A stretch of DNA of 39,821 nt from Polyangia bacterium (GCA_038231615.1 JBBRLA010000001.1:1-39821), one strand, 5' to 3'. Positions 7,769 through 17,233 are shown, counted from the stretch's first letter. The notes: a model not told the origin generated them from the letters alone. Numbers and translations: made by a program.

Positions 7769-9715
7769 ATGCGTTCTCATGCTGGCCGAAGCACCGCACG
7801 CACGCGTTCCATGGCCCTGGTGTTTCTCTCTGGATTTCTGCTGAGCTGCAACGATGCGACCATCATCGTCCCGCAGGATGGCAACCCGGACGGCGCCATG
7901 CCGGTGCCCGCCCTGGCCGGCCTGAACACCATCACCCTTTCCCCGCAGAGCGTCACGCTGACGGTCACCGGCCAGCCGACGACCCAGGCCTTCACCGCGG
8001 TGGGGCAGTTCGACGATGGGCATTCGGAGACCCTGACTGACAAGCTCGACTGGTCGGTCTCGCCGGCCTCGCTGGGGCGCTTTCCCCAGGCGGGCAGTCT
8101 CTCGGTCGGCCCCTACGGCGGCGACGGCGTGGTGGTCGCCACCTCGGGCAGCCTGACCGGCCAGGCGCAGGTCTCGGTGCGCGTCAGCCGCCAGATCAAC
8201 GAGCCCGACGCCCCAGGCGTCACCGATGGCAACTTCGGCGGCAAGCCGGACGCCGCCAACCCCGCGGTCATGTACCCCTATGATGGGGTCGTCATGCCCC
8301 CCAACCTGGGCTCGCTGGACATCCAATGGGTCAAAGGCAACCCGGCGGACACGATCTTCGAGATCACCCTACAGAACAAGGTCACCGACATCCGCGTCTT
8401 CACCGCCTGCCGGCCTCCCGCGGGCGGCGCCCCGAACGGTTGCTCCTATCCCCTGGGGCAGGACGTGTGGAGTCTTTGCGCCTACTCGAACCTGGGCAAC
8501 ACCGACCCGGTGCTGGTCACCGTGCGCAGCACCAACACCGGCACCAAGACGGTGGGCACCAGCAAGCCCATCGGGGTCAAGTTCGCCGCCGACGAACTGA
8601 AGGGCGGCATCTACTACTGGACCACGGTGGGCGGGGTCAACGGCATCAGCGGCATCTACCGCATCGACTTGCAGAACCGCAAGGTCGAACCCTTCTATAC
8701 GGAGCAAAGCGCCCCGAACGACCACCGTGGCGGCAACGCGCAAAACGGCGGTTGCGTCGGCTGCCACGCCATCACCCATGACGGGAACCGCCTGTCGCTG
8801 GTGCTGGGCGGGGCGCACATCTCGGACCTGGTGCAGCTTGACGTGGCGACGCGCAAGCCGACGCTGACCAAGATCGACACCGCCGCCGGTCACAGCAATA
8901 CCCAGCGGCAGTTCTCCAACTTCCAGAGCTACAACCCCGATGGCACCGCCTTCGTGTCGGCGCTGGCCGGCAAGCTGCGGGTGCTGCTCTCGCAGGACGG
9001 CAGCGCGCTTGTGCCGCTTATCGCCACCGGGGGCAACGCCACCCACCCTGACTGGTCGCATTCGGGGTCGCTTTTGGCCTTCACCCGCTACAGCGACCCG
9101 GTGCCGACGCCCCTGGACGGGGACGACTACGAGATCTACGAGCGGCACGGGGCCATCGGCCTGGTCGCGTGGAACGGAAAGAACGGCTTCAATGCGCCCA
9201 AGACCATCGTGGCCGAGAAGGCCGGGCAGAACAGCTACTACCCGACGGTGGCGCCGAATGACCGCCTGGTGGTCTTCAACCGCGTGTCGGCCTGCGTGAC
9301 GCAGGACGACTGCATGGCCTACGCCAATCCCAAGGCGCAGCTTTATGCCACCACCCCGGATGGCATCGGCGAGACGGCGCTGACCAACGTGAACCGCCGC
9401 GGGCCCAACGACACCAAGGACGGGCTGAGCAACTCGTGGCCCAAGTTCAGTCCCTTCTTCCACTCGACCAAGGACGGCCGGGTGCAGATGTGGGTGACGT
9501 TCTCGTCGATCCGCAACTACGGCGTGCAGCTGCCCCACAACAGCGATGATCCGAGCACCGGGGTGCCGCAGCTGTGGATGGCGGCGGTCACTGTGGGCGG
9601 CGAGCCGATGGGCGGCGACCCCAGTTCGCCGCCGTTCTGGATTCCCAACCAGAACTTGGCCACCCACAACCACATTGCCCAGTGGACCGAAGAGATCGTC
9701 CCGCTCATCCAGTAA
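7769..9715 (+). CDS. Lipoprotein with Big_2-like Ig domain, single CxxCH motif and TolB/PD40-like beta-propeller; paralog of 396..2333
   Basis: MALVFLSGFLLSC lipobox. ITLSPQSVTLTVTGQPTTQAFTAVGQFDDGHSETLT is Big_2-like. Also NGGCVGCHAITHDG (CxxCH), NSYYPTVAPNDRLVVFNR, and C-terminal DPSSPPFWIPNQ. Confidence 0.7.
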   Translation: MRSHAGRSTARTRSMALVFLSGFLLSCNDATIIVPQDGNPDGAMPVPALAGLNTITLSPQSVTLTVTGQPTTQAFTAVGQFDDGHSETLTDKLDWSVSPASLGRFPQAGSLSVGPYGGDGVVVATSGSLTGQAQVSVRVSRQINEPDAPGVTDGNFGGKPDAANPAVMYPYDGVVMPPNLGSLDIQWVKGNPADTIFEITLQNKVTDIRVFTACRPPAGGAPNGCSYPLGQDVWSLCAYSNLGNTDPVLVTVRSTNTGTKTVGTSKPIGVKFAADELKGGIYYWTTVGGVNGISGIYRIDLQNRKVEPFYTEQSAPNDHRGGNAQNGGCVGCHAITHDGNRLSLVLGGAHISDLVQLDVATRKPTLTKIDTAAGHSNTQRQFSNFQSYNPDGTAFVSALAGKLRVLLSQDGSALVPLIATGGNATHPDWSHSGSLLAFTRYSDPVPTPLDGDDYEIYERHGAIGLVAWNGKNGFNAPKTIVAEKAGQNSYYPTVAPNDRLVVFNRVSACVTQDDCMAYANPKAQLYATTPDGIGETALTNVNRRGPNDTKDGLSNSWPKFSPFFHSTKDGRVQMWVTFSSIRNYGVQLPHNSDDPSTGVPQLWMAAVTVGGEPMGGDPSSPPFWIPNQNLATHNHIAQWTEEIVPLIQ

Positions 9716-9850
9716 TCGAAGCCCAAAAAGCAGCCGAAGATCCAGAGCCCGCCGATCCGGGGGTCCCTTTGTGGGGATCGGCCAGGCGCTCTGGATTTCG
9801 ATCTGGGCCCGATTCGTGGTATGTCATGATGGCAACACGGGAGAATCCGG

Positions 9851-10696
9851 ATGAGACGAGCGATTCGCGTGGCACAGGCCCTCTTCCTATTCGCCCTGCT
9901 GGCCTCGAGCAGGGCGGGTGCTGATTCGCTGGTCCCGGAGGCCACTTCGGCGGATCAGAGCAAGGCTTCGCCCCTGATACCGGAGGCGCCGAAGCAGGAG
10001 CCGGTGATATCGCCCCATGCGCTGGCGTTTCGGGCGCGCTGGTTGACGACTCCCGGGTGGGCGTTGGGGCCCTACGTGCAAGAGCACACGCAGCTCAACG
10101 ATGGCTGGGGGCTGGGGCTGGAGTACATTTACTGGGCGTCGGGGTTCGACGTGGTGATCTCGCTGGAGTACGCCTCGATCAACCCGGATGACGGCAACTA
10201 CCTGGGCAAGGGCCATGCGGCGAACAGCGATACCCACTACCTGCACTTCGACGGGCTGAGCACGCTCTCGGCGGATGTGTCGCTGGTGAAGCGGTGGAAC
10301 CTGACCCCCTGGCTGGAACTGCGGCTGGGCGGGGGGCTGGGGCTGGGCGGGGTGTTTGGAAACATCTACCTCACCACCAACTCGACCTGTACCGCGGCGA
10401 ATGCCGGGGACCCGAGCAAGTGCTACCCGAGCAACACCGGGCCGCTGGACCCCAAGGACCCGAATGCGGTGACGGCGCTTCAGGCGCACCCATGTAGCGA
10501 CCCGAGCCTGGACACGGCGGCAGCGCCCTGTTACCGGAAGTATGACAGCTACCCGATGAATGTGCGGGTAGTGCCAGTCATCAACGCAGTCCTGGGGCTG
10601 CGCTTCCAAGTGCAGAAGCATGTCTACATCCACCTAGAGGGCGGTTGGCGCCTGGCCGGCTTCTTCGTCGGAGCCGGCCCAGAATACCGCTTCTAA
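9851..10696 (+). CDS. Secreted protein, probable outer-membrane beta-barrel
   Basis: Signal peptide MRRAIRVAQALFLFALLASSRAGA. Alternating Gly/aromatic-rich segments and a C-terminal ...GAGPEYRF ending in Phe (OMP-type terminus). GGGAGA lies 7 nt upstream of the ATG. Confidence 0.55.
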   Translation: MRRAIRVAQALFLFALLASSRAGADSLVPEATSADQSKASPLIPEAPKQEPVISPHALAFRARWLTTPGWALGPYVQEHTQLNDGWGLGLEYIYWASGFDVVISLEYASINPDDGNYLGKGHAANSDTHYLHFDGLSTLSADVSLVKRWNLTPWLELRLGGGLGLGGVFGNIYLTTNSTCTAANAGDPSKCYPSNTGPLDPKDPNAVTALQAHPCSDPSLDTAAAPCYRKYDSYPMNVRVVPVINAVLGLRFQVQKHVYIHLEGGWRLAGFFVGAGPEYRF

Positions 10697-10741
10697 CAAA
10701 GACCCATCACAGAGTCTCTAATTAGACAAAATACATTCTTT

Positions 10742-10863
10742 AAAAACCGCCTGGGCTGGGATGGATTTTGGCGCACCCCCGCAGCGACTGAGGGAGCGAC
10801 CTACTGGTCGTAACCGAAGGAACGAGGAGGTACGCCAAAAGCCGCCCAGCCCAGGCGGTTTTT
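10742..10863. terminator. Long imperfect hairpin between convergent genes, probably a bidirectional intrinsic terminator
   Basis: aaaaaccgcctgggctggg (10742-10760) is the perfect reverse complement of cccagcccaggcggttttt (10845-10863). An inner helix pairs ttttggcg (10766-10773) with cgccaaaa (10833-10840). A5/T5 tracts flank both sides. The right arm overlaps the TAA stop of the 10862 gene. Confidence 0.5.
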
Positions 10864-13039
10864 AAAGGGGGACGAGTTTGACTGCTTGCCCCTCGCGCAA
10901 GGCGGCCAGATTGGTGACGATGACCTCGTCGCCGCTCGAGAGGCCCGCCACCAGGGCGTTGGCCCCGTCGTGGTCTACCACCGACACCTTGCGCCGGGCG
11001 GCCTTGCCCTGAGACAGGACGTACACCGTGTCCCCCTCGGTGATCGCCGAACTGGGTAGCTCGACCACGTCATTGAGCTGCCCTTTGATCAGCCGAAGCT
11101 CGTCCCCGGGCTTCACCGCGGCGTCGCTGGATAGCTCAAAGGCGACCACCGATTCGGGGCCGCTGTGGGTCACTGACACCACCCGGGCATTCACCGGGAC
11201 GGTCGGCCCTTGCAGGGGGACCTCCTGTCCGGCCTGCATCGCACGCGCTTCCTCTGCCGGGACCTTCATCTCGGCACTGAGGTAGCGATCGGCGATCTCC
11301 AGGACCTCCGTGCCGGCGGTGATCATCTCCCCGGGACTGACCAGGACACGGGTGATCCGCCCTGACCGGGATGCCAGGATCTGGCTCTTTTTCAACCATA
11401 ACTCGGCGATGGCCAGACGCTCCTGCTTCTCGTTGACCTTGGCCGTCGCTTCACGCTCCTGCGTCCCTTCTTCCTTCTCCCGGGCCTGGTCGCGTCGACG
11501 CTGGTAGTAGACCAGGCGCTCGCGCAGCTCGGTGATGTCCTTTTGCAGGCGGGCCTGGTTCTGCAGCGCCGCCAGCGACATGCCTGCGCTCACCTCGGCG
11601 CCCTCGCCGATGACGCTGGCCAGAAGGCCCCCGCCCTCCATGCGCAGCATCGTCCGCTCGCCCTGCTTCACCGTTGCTGGGCTGGGCAGCTTGCGGACCA
11701 CCTGGTGGGGCTGCGCCCGCATCACCTGCACCGATACGGCCGGGTTCAGCAGACCCAGCAAGAAGTAGATCGCCACCGCCAGCACCAGCAGGATGATTGC
11801 CATGGCGATCCACTTGCCTGCGCGGCCTCCATCCTCGATCTCGTCCAGCTCCCCTTCGGTCATAGAGACCCCAGGGGCCGGCTCGGCCATCGCGGCCTTG
11901 GTCTTCTCTGTGGGAGTCTCGATCCTCGGGCCGGCGGCGACGGGCATCGCCTCCCCCCGCTCCTCTCCCGAAGAAGTGTCGATGCGCAGCGATGGGCCCT
12001 CCGCGGTCCCGGCGACGGCGGCGAGCCGGGCCTGAGCGGATCCCAGCACCGACTCGTCGGTCTCGCCGGACTGGGTGGACTCAGCCGGGGCGATCGGCGG
12101 GGCGGCGGCGGGCGGCAGGGTGACCCGGGCGACCCGGGACTCCCGTTCGGAGGATGGGCCGACGGATTCGGCGCCAGCTTCGGTAGCACGCAGCGAAGCC
12201 GAGTGCCGTTCATCCAGAACGGGGCTCAGTGGCACAGTGGGGCGCTCGCCCCCTGCGATGGTCTGCAAGAGCAGGGTCGAGCGGTCCTCCAGCGGGCGGT
12301 CCTGGGCCGTCTCGGAAGTCGCCCCCGGCACGGCGCCAGCCATGGCGGCCAGCGGCTGGCCCATCACATCGTCATCAGGCCGCTGGGGCCGTATCGATCG
12401 CGAAGCGCCAACGGCCAGGCCGATGTTGTTCTCGGGGAGGGCCGGGGCCTCGGGCTGGGCGGCCACGGCCTCGGGCTTGACCGCCAGGGGCTGAACGGCC
12501 ACGGCCTCGGGCTTGACCGCCAGGGACTGCGACACGGCCTCGGCGGTGACCTCCACCCGCTTCGGCACCACCTCCAGCTTCGGCGGTACTGCCGAGACTG
12601 GCAACGCCATCGAGTCGATCACCGCGGCGCTTCGCGCTTCGCGATCGATCACCGCGGCACTTCGCGCTTCGCGATCGATCACCGCGGCGCTTTGCGCTTC
12701 GCGATCAATCATCGCGGCGCTTCGCGCTTCACGATCGATCTCCGCGGCACTGCGCGCTTCACGATCGATCAGGCCCAGCTCGGTAAGCTTCTGGAAGTAG
12801 ATTTCCAGATCCTGCGGGGTGGGCGAGAAGCCCAACTCCTGCTCGGCGTAGCGGCACAGGTCGCCGATGCTGCGCTCTCCGTCGATGCGCTCGGCGACCC
12901 GCCACTCGAAGTCAAAGAGCCGGAGCGTGCCGCCGGTACGCGGGTCGCGCACGTCGAAGTAGGAGACCCCATCCGCGTCTTGCGCGGAGGTCACCAGCAG
13001 ATCCTGCCGGAGTCTGGCCGTAGCCGCCGTCGCCATCAT
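10862..13039 (-). CDS. Membrane protein: PqqD-like N-terminal domain, [10 protein letters not shown] decapeptide repeats, Pro/Ala-rich linker, TM helix, coiled coil and HlyD-type (membrane-fusion) C-terminal barrel
   Basis: N-terminal [50 protein letters not shown] resembles PqqD/RRE-type domains. TM segment: [22 protein letters not shown]. The C-terminus (...[22 protein letters not shown]...[16 protein letters not shown]...) resembles periplasmic adaptor subunits. The start ATGATG overlaps the mglA stop (ATGA). Confidence 0.7.
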   Translation of the reverse strand: MMATAATARLRQDLLVTSAQDADGVSYFDVRDPRTGGTLRLFDFEWRVAERIDGERSIGDLCRYAEQELGFSPTPQDLEIYFQKLTELGLIDREARSAAEIDREARSAAMIDREAQSAAVIDREARSAAVIDREARSAAVIDSMALPVSAVPPKLEVVPKRVEVTAEAVSQSLAVKPEAVAVQPLAVKPEAVAAQPEAPALPENNIGLAVGASRSIRPQRPDDDVMGQPLAAMAGAVPGATSETAQDRPLEDRSTLLLQTIAGGERPTVPLSPVLDERHSASLRATEAGAESVGPSSERESRVARVTLPPAAAPPIAPAESTQSGETDESVLGSAQARLAAVAGTAEGPSLRIDTSSGEERGEAMPVAAGPRIETPTEKTKAAMAEPAPGVSMTEGELDEIEDGGRAGKWIAMAIILLVLAVAIYFLLGLLNPAVSVQVMRAQPHQVVRKLPSPATVKQGERTMLRMEGGGLLASVIGEGAEVSAGMSLAALQNQARLQKDITELRERLVYYQRRRDQAREKEEGTQEREATAKVNEKQERLAIAELWLKKSQILASRSGRITRVLVSPGEMITAGTEVLEIADRYLSAEMKVPAEEARAMQAGQEVPLQGPTVPVNARVVSVTHSGPESVVAFELSSDAAVKPGDELRLIKGQLNDVVELPSSAITEGDTVYVLSQGKAARRKVSVVDHDGANALVAGLSSGDEVIVTNLAALREGQAVKLVPL
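12615..12770. repeat. In-frame 30-bp tandem repeat, about 5.2 copies (encodes [10 protein letters not shown])
   Basis: The unit tcgatcaccgcggcgcttcgcgcttcgcga repeats at 12615, 12645, 12675, 12705 and 12735 with 1-4 substitutions per unit, then a partial sixth copy follows. Confidence 0.9.
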
Positions 13040-13623
13040 CCACCCCGTTTTAGCTCGGTGAGGACCAGCTTGGCCACCGACTTCAGGGTGTCGAACACCC
13101 CGGTGCCGATGGTGGCCACGGCCTCGAATTCGGGTACCTGATTGGGATTCAGAAGCTGTCGCAGGTCCTCGACCGAGATGATGTCCCTCATGTCCCGCTT
13201 GTTATACTGGACAACGAAGGGGATGCGGTCGAGGTTGTAGCCTTGATCGGCCAGGTTGATGCGCAGGTTGTCCAGGGATTCGATGTTGGCCTCGACGCGC
13301 TCGACCTGGGAGTCGGCGACGAAGACCACCCCATCCACGCCCTTCAAGATCAGGCGCCGGCTGGCATCGTAAAAGACCTGCCCGGGCACGGTATACAGGT
13401 GAAAGCGGGTCTTGAATCCGCGGATTTCACCGAGCGAAAGCGGCAGAAAGTCGAAGAAGAGGGTGCGCTCGGTCTCGGTGGCCAGCGAGATCATCTTCCC
13501 CTTCGCCTCGGGGTTGGTCTTGTTGTAGATGTAGATCAGGTTGGTCGTCTTGCCACACAGCCCGGGGCCGTAATAGACGATCTTGCAGTTGATCTCTCGA
13601 GAGCTGTAGTTGATGAAACTCAT
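13036..13623 (-). CDS. mglA: Ras-like motility/polarity GTPase MglA
   Basis: [29 protein letters not shown]...[34 protein letters not shown]...QYNKRD...[10 protein letters not shown] is nearly colinear with Myxococcus xanthus MglA as I recall it. P-loop, TVPGQ switch II and NKRD motifs are present. Confidence 0.95.
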   Translation of the reverse strand: MSFINYSSREINCKIVYYGPGLCGKTTNLIYIYNKTNPEAKGKMISLATETERTLFFDFLPLSLGEIRGFKTRFHLYTVPGQVFYDASRRLILKGVDGVVFVADSQVERVEANIESLDNLRINLADQGYNLDRIPFVVQYNKRDMRDIISVEDLRQLLNPNQVPEFEAVATIGTGVFDTLKSVAKLVLTELKRGG

Positions 13624-14123
13624 TCGCCAAACAGCTTGTCTATGTCTTCGTCGGTGATTTCGCCGGCCAGCGGGTTGTTGAACCCGCCCGGCTCGTGGCT
13701 GCCGCCGCCCTGCTGCTGAAGCTGGATCTTTTTGACCAGCTGCTCGAAGATACGCGCCATCTCCTCGGTGGCCTTGCGCACCCGCAGGCGGACCAGGCCC
13801 AGCGACGAGCGTGAGTCGAAGAGCACGACGAGGATCGCCCGCCGCGACACCACCGACAGGTGCACGTTCTGCTTGGTTCCCTCGTGGAACTGACCGCCGA
13901 ACTCCTCTTCCTTGAGGAGCTTGGCGATCTCACTGGTGGCGGCGACGTTGCCGGCGAATAGCGAGGAGAGCGACGTGACGTCCAGGTCCTTGGTCTGACC
14001 GGAGCGGGCGATCTCCTGGCCGTCCTTGTTGATCACCAGGATGGCCAGGGCGTTCGAGTCCCGCTGCAGGCGATCAGAGATGGTCTGAATCTGCCGCTGC
14101 TCCTCCTCGAACAACATTTCCAT
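13620..14123 (-). CDS. mglB: Roadblock/LC7-domain GTPase-activating protein MglB
   Basis: Start taken at ATG 14123 ([42 protein letters not shown]...), inside ORF 13620..14249. It is Roadblock-like, sits immediately upstream of mglA, and overlaps it by 4 nt. Confidence 0.85.
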   Translation of the reverse strand: MEMLFEEEQRQIQTISDRLQRDSNALAILVINKDGQEIARSGQTKDLDVTSLSSLFAGNVAATSEIAKLLKEEEFGGQFHEGTKQNVHLSVVSRRAILVVLFDSRSSLGLVRLRVRKATEEMARIFEQLVKKIQLQQQGGGSHEPGGFNNPLAGEITDEDIDKLFGE

Positions 14124-14258
14124 GGTGACCGGTTCTCCTGATAGGGATCTCCAGGCTGCACCCCCCCGAAGACAATCTGCGGGATGGCGTGCGTGCGGAC
14201 GGAGCCAGATAGCCGCTAACCTGATAACAGAAAGACCTGCGGGCCGCAAGCATCAGGC

Positions 14259-14888
14259 TTACATCTCCCGACGAACTTCCAGGGCACGGGTGATCGTGAC
14301 GCCATCAGCGTATTCCAGTTCGCCGCCGATGGGCAACCCCGAAGCGATGCGCGAGACCCGGAAGCCCAGGGGCTTGAGCACCCGGGCCAGGTACAGGGCG
14401 GTGGCTTCACCCTCGACGTTGGGGCTGGTGGCAACAATGATTTCATGGATTTCCCGGGGCCTGGACGAGGCCGGATCCGGTCCGGCGCTGGGTTCGCGCA
14501 GCCGGGAAAGGAGTTCCCTCAGGCGCAGATCGTCGGGGCCGATGCCCTCAAGAGGAGACAGGACGCCGTGCAGGACGTGGTAGCGACCGCGGAAGCTGCC
14601 GGTGCGCTCGATGGCCAGGAGATCGGAGGGGTGGGCCACGACGCAGAGCAGGTGGGCATCGCGCCTGGCGTCGCGGCACAGGGCGCACGGGTCCTCCTCG
14701 GTGAGGTTCATGCACACCGAGCACAGGCGGATCTTGTCCTTCACTTCGAGAAGGGCCTGGGACAGGTCCGTGACCTGCTGCGTCGGGGTGCGCAGGATGT
14801 GAAAGGCCAGGCGGGTCGCCGTCTTCTGGCCGATGCCCGGGAGCCGGCTCAGCTCCCGGATAAGTTTGTTGATTGGATCGCCAGCCAC
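14259..14888 (-). CDS. recR: Recombination protein RecR
   Basis: LIRELSRLPGIGQKTATRLAFHIL (HhH), the C4 zinc finger CSVCMNLTEEDPCALC, and a Toprim region (VVAHPSDLLAIERTGSFRGRYHVLHG...ATSPNVEGEATALY). GTG start. Confidence 0.95.
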   Translation of the reverse strand: MAGDPINKLIRELSRLPGIGQKTATRLAFHILRTPTQQVTDLSQALLEVKDKIRLCSVCMNLTEEDPCALCRDARRDAHLLCVVAHPSDLLAIERTGSFRGRYHVLHGVLSPLEGIGPDDLRLRELLSRLREPSAGPDPASSRPREIHEIIVATSPNVEGEATALYLARVLKPLGFRVSRIASGLPIGGELEYADGVTITRALEVRREM

Positions 14889-14929
14889 GGATGAAGTGTA
14901 ACTTCCTGGTCTGATCTTGGCTTGCCCAA

Positions 14930-14977
14930 GGGCCTACCAAAGAGAGGCCTACCAAGAGGCCTACCAAGAGGCCTATT
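14930..14977. repeat. Four copies of a ~12-bp AGGCCTACCAAG-type repeat in the ybaB-recR spacer
   Basis: gggcctaccaaagag aggcctaccaag aggcctaccaag aggcctatta. Each unit contains the palindrome AGGCCT. The last unit overlaps the ybaB stop codon. Confidence 0.8.
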
Positions 14978-15317
14978 AGAGCATCCCCGCGGGGAGACCC
15001 ATGCCGGCGGCGGCGCGGCGCATCTCTTCTTCTTCCAGGGTGCGGACTTTCTGCAGGCCCTGGTTGACCGCGGCGACGATCAGGTCCTGGAGCATGGGGG
15101 CATCTTTGGGGTCGATGACCTGGGGATCGATGCGCAAGGAGACCAGTTCGCGGGCGCCGGAGACCACCACGGTGACCATGCCACCGCCGACGCTGGCCTC
15201 GACGGTCTTGGTGGAAAGCTGGGCCTGGGTCCGCATCAGCTCCTCTTGCATCCGCTGGGCCTGCTGCATGAGGGCGCCAAGGTCAGGCATTCCAGGGGGG
15301 ATCGGTAGGTCAGCCAT
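14976..15317 (-). CDS. ybaB: Nucleoid-associated protein YbaB/EbfC
   Basis: GALMQQAQRMQEELMRTQAQLSTKTVEASVGGGMVTVVVSGARELVSLRIDPQVIDPKDAPMLQDLIVAAVNQGLQKV is typical YbaB. ATG at 15317; an alternative GTG at 15323 overlaps the dnaX stop. Confidence 0.9.
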   Translation of the reverse strand: MADLPIPPGMPDLGALMQQAQRMQEELMRTQAQLSTKTVEASVGGGMVTVVVSGARELVSLRIDPQVIDPKDAPMLQDLIVAAVNQGLQKVRTLEEEEMRRAAAGMGLPAGML

Positions 15318-15319
15318 GA

Positions 15320-17056
15320 TCACTCCAACTCGGGTTCTTGAAAGCTTACATCTTCGCCAAAGACTTCGGTGACCAGCTTTCGGGCCGGGTGCTCGATAGC
15401 TTCCCGTCGACGCTGGGAGCGATCTTCGGTGGCCTTGCGGGCCTCGGATTCAACCAGGGTTTCATCAGCCCGGGTGCGGACGCCCTTCTGGTCCGAAAGG
15501 GCAACCTGCACCTCGACGCGGTAGGGCTGCCCCAGGTCCTCGCTAAGGAGGCGGTTCAGCTGGGTCAGCTTCTCACGGACCTGGTCGGCGGCGTACTGGC
15601 TGTCGAAGCCGATGACCAGGCGCTCGTCGTCCCAGGAGATGGCCCTTCCAATGGCGATGCAGTGGAGCAGCGGCGCCCGCTCCAGCACGACGGCGGCCAG
15701 GGCGGTGAAGTCGCGGGTGCCGTCCAGGCCATGACCCTTCTGAGAAGGGGAGTGGCTTTTGCCCTGGCCATTTCTGGAAGGGGCCGGGCCGTTGTGGATC
15801 GGCGGCGGCCCGGCCGAGATGGGCGCAGACAGGGAGGGTGGTTCTGGGGGGGGTTGGACCATCGAGCGCGATGGGCCCCCACCGCCCTCGCCGCGGGTGT
15901 TGCCGCCGCCCGGCCCCAGGCGCCCTTCCAGCGACTCCAGCCGCCCGACCAACTCCGAGAAGGGCTGGAGCGGCTCGACCCGGCACAGCTCCACCATGCC
16001 GACTTCCAGCACGTAGCGCGGCAGGGCCGCCCTGGAGGTCTCCTCGGCGACGCGCACCATGCGATCGAAGAGCAGCTCGGCCGCGCCCCCGGCCTGCCGG
16101 GTCTGCCGGCGCAGTTCTTCCAGCTCCGGGCCGGTGACCTCCAAAAGCGGCTCCGGGTCCTTGACTACGCTGACGACCACCAGATCGCGCAGGTGCCCGA
16201 GGAAGTTCCTGGCGAGCTGCGAGAGGTCGTAGCCCTTGCCATAGGCCGCGTCCAGCACCTTGAGCACCTGCTCCGGGTCGCGGGACACCACCGCCCGCCC
16301 CAGGGAAAGGATCAGCGATCGGTCGGCTACCCCCAGGATGGCCGCCGCCTGCTCCTCGGTGAGCTTGCCGTGGCACGAGGCCAGCACCTGATCGGCCAGC
16401 GACAGGGAGTCGCGCACCGACCCGGCCCCCTCCCGGGCGATGAGGGTCAGGGCGCTGCGCTCGAACTCGACCGACTCCCGGTGAAGCACGTCGGCCAGGT
16501 GGTCGACCAGGCGCGCGGTGGGCACCAGCTTGAAGTCGTAGCGCTGCACCCGGGAAAGGATCGTCTGGGGCAGCTTGTGGGGGTCGGTGGTGGCGAAGAC
16601 GAAGACCGCGTGGGGCGGGGGCTCTTCCAGGGTCTTGAGCAGCGCATTGAAGGCGCTGGTCGAGAGCATGTGGACCTCGTCCAGGATGAAGAGCTTCTTC
16701 TTGCCGCGGACCGGGGCGTAGCGGATGGACTCGCGCAGCTCGCGGACGTCCTCGACCTTGTTCTGGGAGGCCGCGTCGATCTCCTGCACGTCCACCGAGG
16801 TGCCGCGGGTGATCTCCACGCAGGCCTCGCAGACGTTGCACGGCTCCGGGGTGGGCGCGTTCACGCAGGAGAGCGCCTTGGCCAGGATGCGGGCCGTGGT
16901 GGTCTTTCCGGTGCCGCGACCGCCACAGAAAAGGAACGCGTGGTGGATGCGCCCCCGGGTGATGGCGTTTTGCAGAGTGCGGGTGACGTGTTCCTGCCCG
17001 ATGACCTCCGAAAAGGTCTGCGGGCGGTACTTCCGCGCGAGTACGAGGTAAGACAT
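15320..17056 (-). CDS. dnaX: DNA polymerase III subunit gamma/tau
   Basis: MSYLVLARKYRPQTFSEVIGQEHV...LFCGGRGTGKTTTARILAKALSC...CNVCEAC...FILDEVHMLS...KTLEEPP. Start ATG at 17056, inside ORF 15320..17095. Confidence 0.95.
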   Translation of the reverse strand: MSYLVLARKYRPQTFSEVIGQEHVTRTLQNAITRGRIHHAFLFCGGRGTGKTTTARILAKALSCVNAPTPEPCNVCEACVEITRGTSVDVQEIDAASQNKVEDVRELRESIRYAPVRGKKKLFILDEVHMLSTSAFNALLKTLEEPPPHAVFVFATTDPHKLPQTILSRVQRYDFKLVPTARLVDHLADVLHRESVEFERSALTLIAREGAGSVRDSLSLADQVLASCHGKLTEEQAAAILGVADRSLILSLGRAVVSRDPEQVLKVLDAAYGKGYDLSQLARNFLGHLRDLVVVSVVKDPEPLLEVTGPELEELRRQTRQAGGAAELLFDRMVRVAEETSRAALPRYVLEVGMVELCRVEPLQPFSELVGRLESLEGRLGPGGGNTRGEGGGGPSRSMVQPPPEPPSLSAPISAGPPPIHNGPAPSRNGQGKSHSPSQKGHGLDGTRDFTALAAVVLERAPLLHCIAIGRAISWDDERLVIGFDSQYAADQVREKLTQLNRLLSEDLGQPYRVEVQVALSDQKGVRTRADETLVESEARKATEDRSQRRREAIEHPARKLVTEVFGEDVSFQEPELE

Positions 17057-17118
17057 GTCTGGAGATGGATTAGCGGTATGAGCGCCGAACGGCAAGAGAA
17101 TTCTCTTCGCCGTGAGCG

Positions 17119-17217
17119 ATTTGATTGCGAAGCGCCGGAGGCGCCGCGGTCATTTGATTGCGAAGCGCCGGAGGCGCCGCGGTCATTTGATTGCGAAGCG
17201 CCGGAGGCGCCGCGGTC
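17119..17217. repeat. Three perfect tandem copies of a 33-bp unit containing a GC hairpin core
   Basis: atttgattgcgaagcgccggaggcgccgcggtc occurs at 17119, 17152 and 17185. The core gcgcc-gga-ggcgc is self-complementary. The array lies between dnaX and the SRP RNA. Confidence 0.9.
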
Positions 17218-17233
17218 CATGGGGGAAAACAAA

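Noticed and set aside
15320-17056. Programmed ribosomal frameshift site for a gamma subunit in dnaX
   Set aside because: I looked for an A-rich heptanucleotide slippery site (A AAA AAG type) with a downstream hairpin and saw none. No claim is made.
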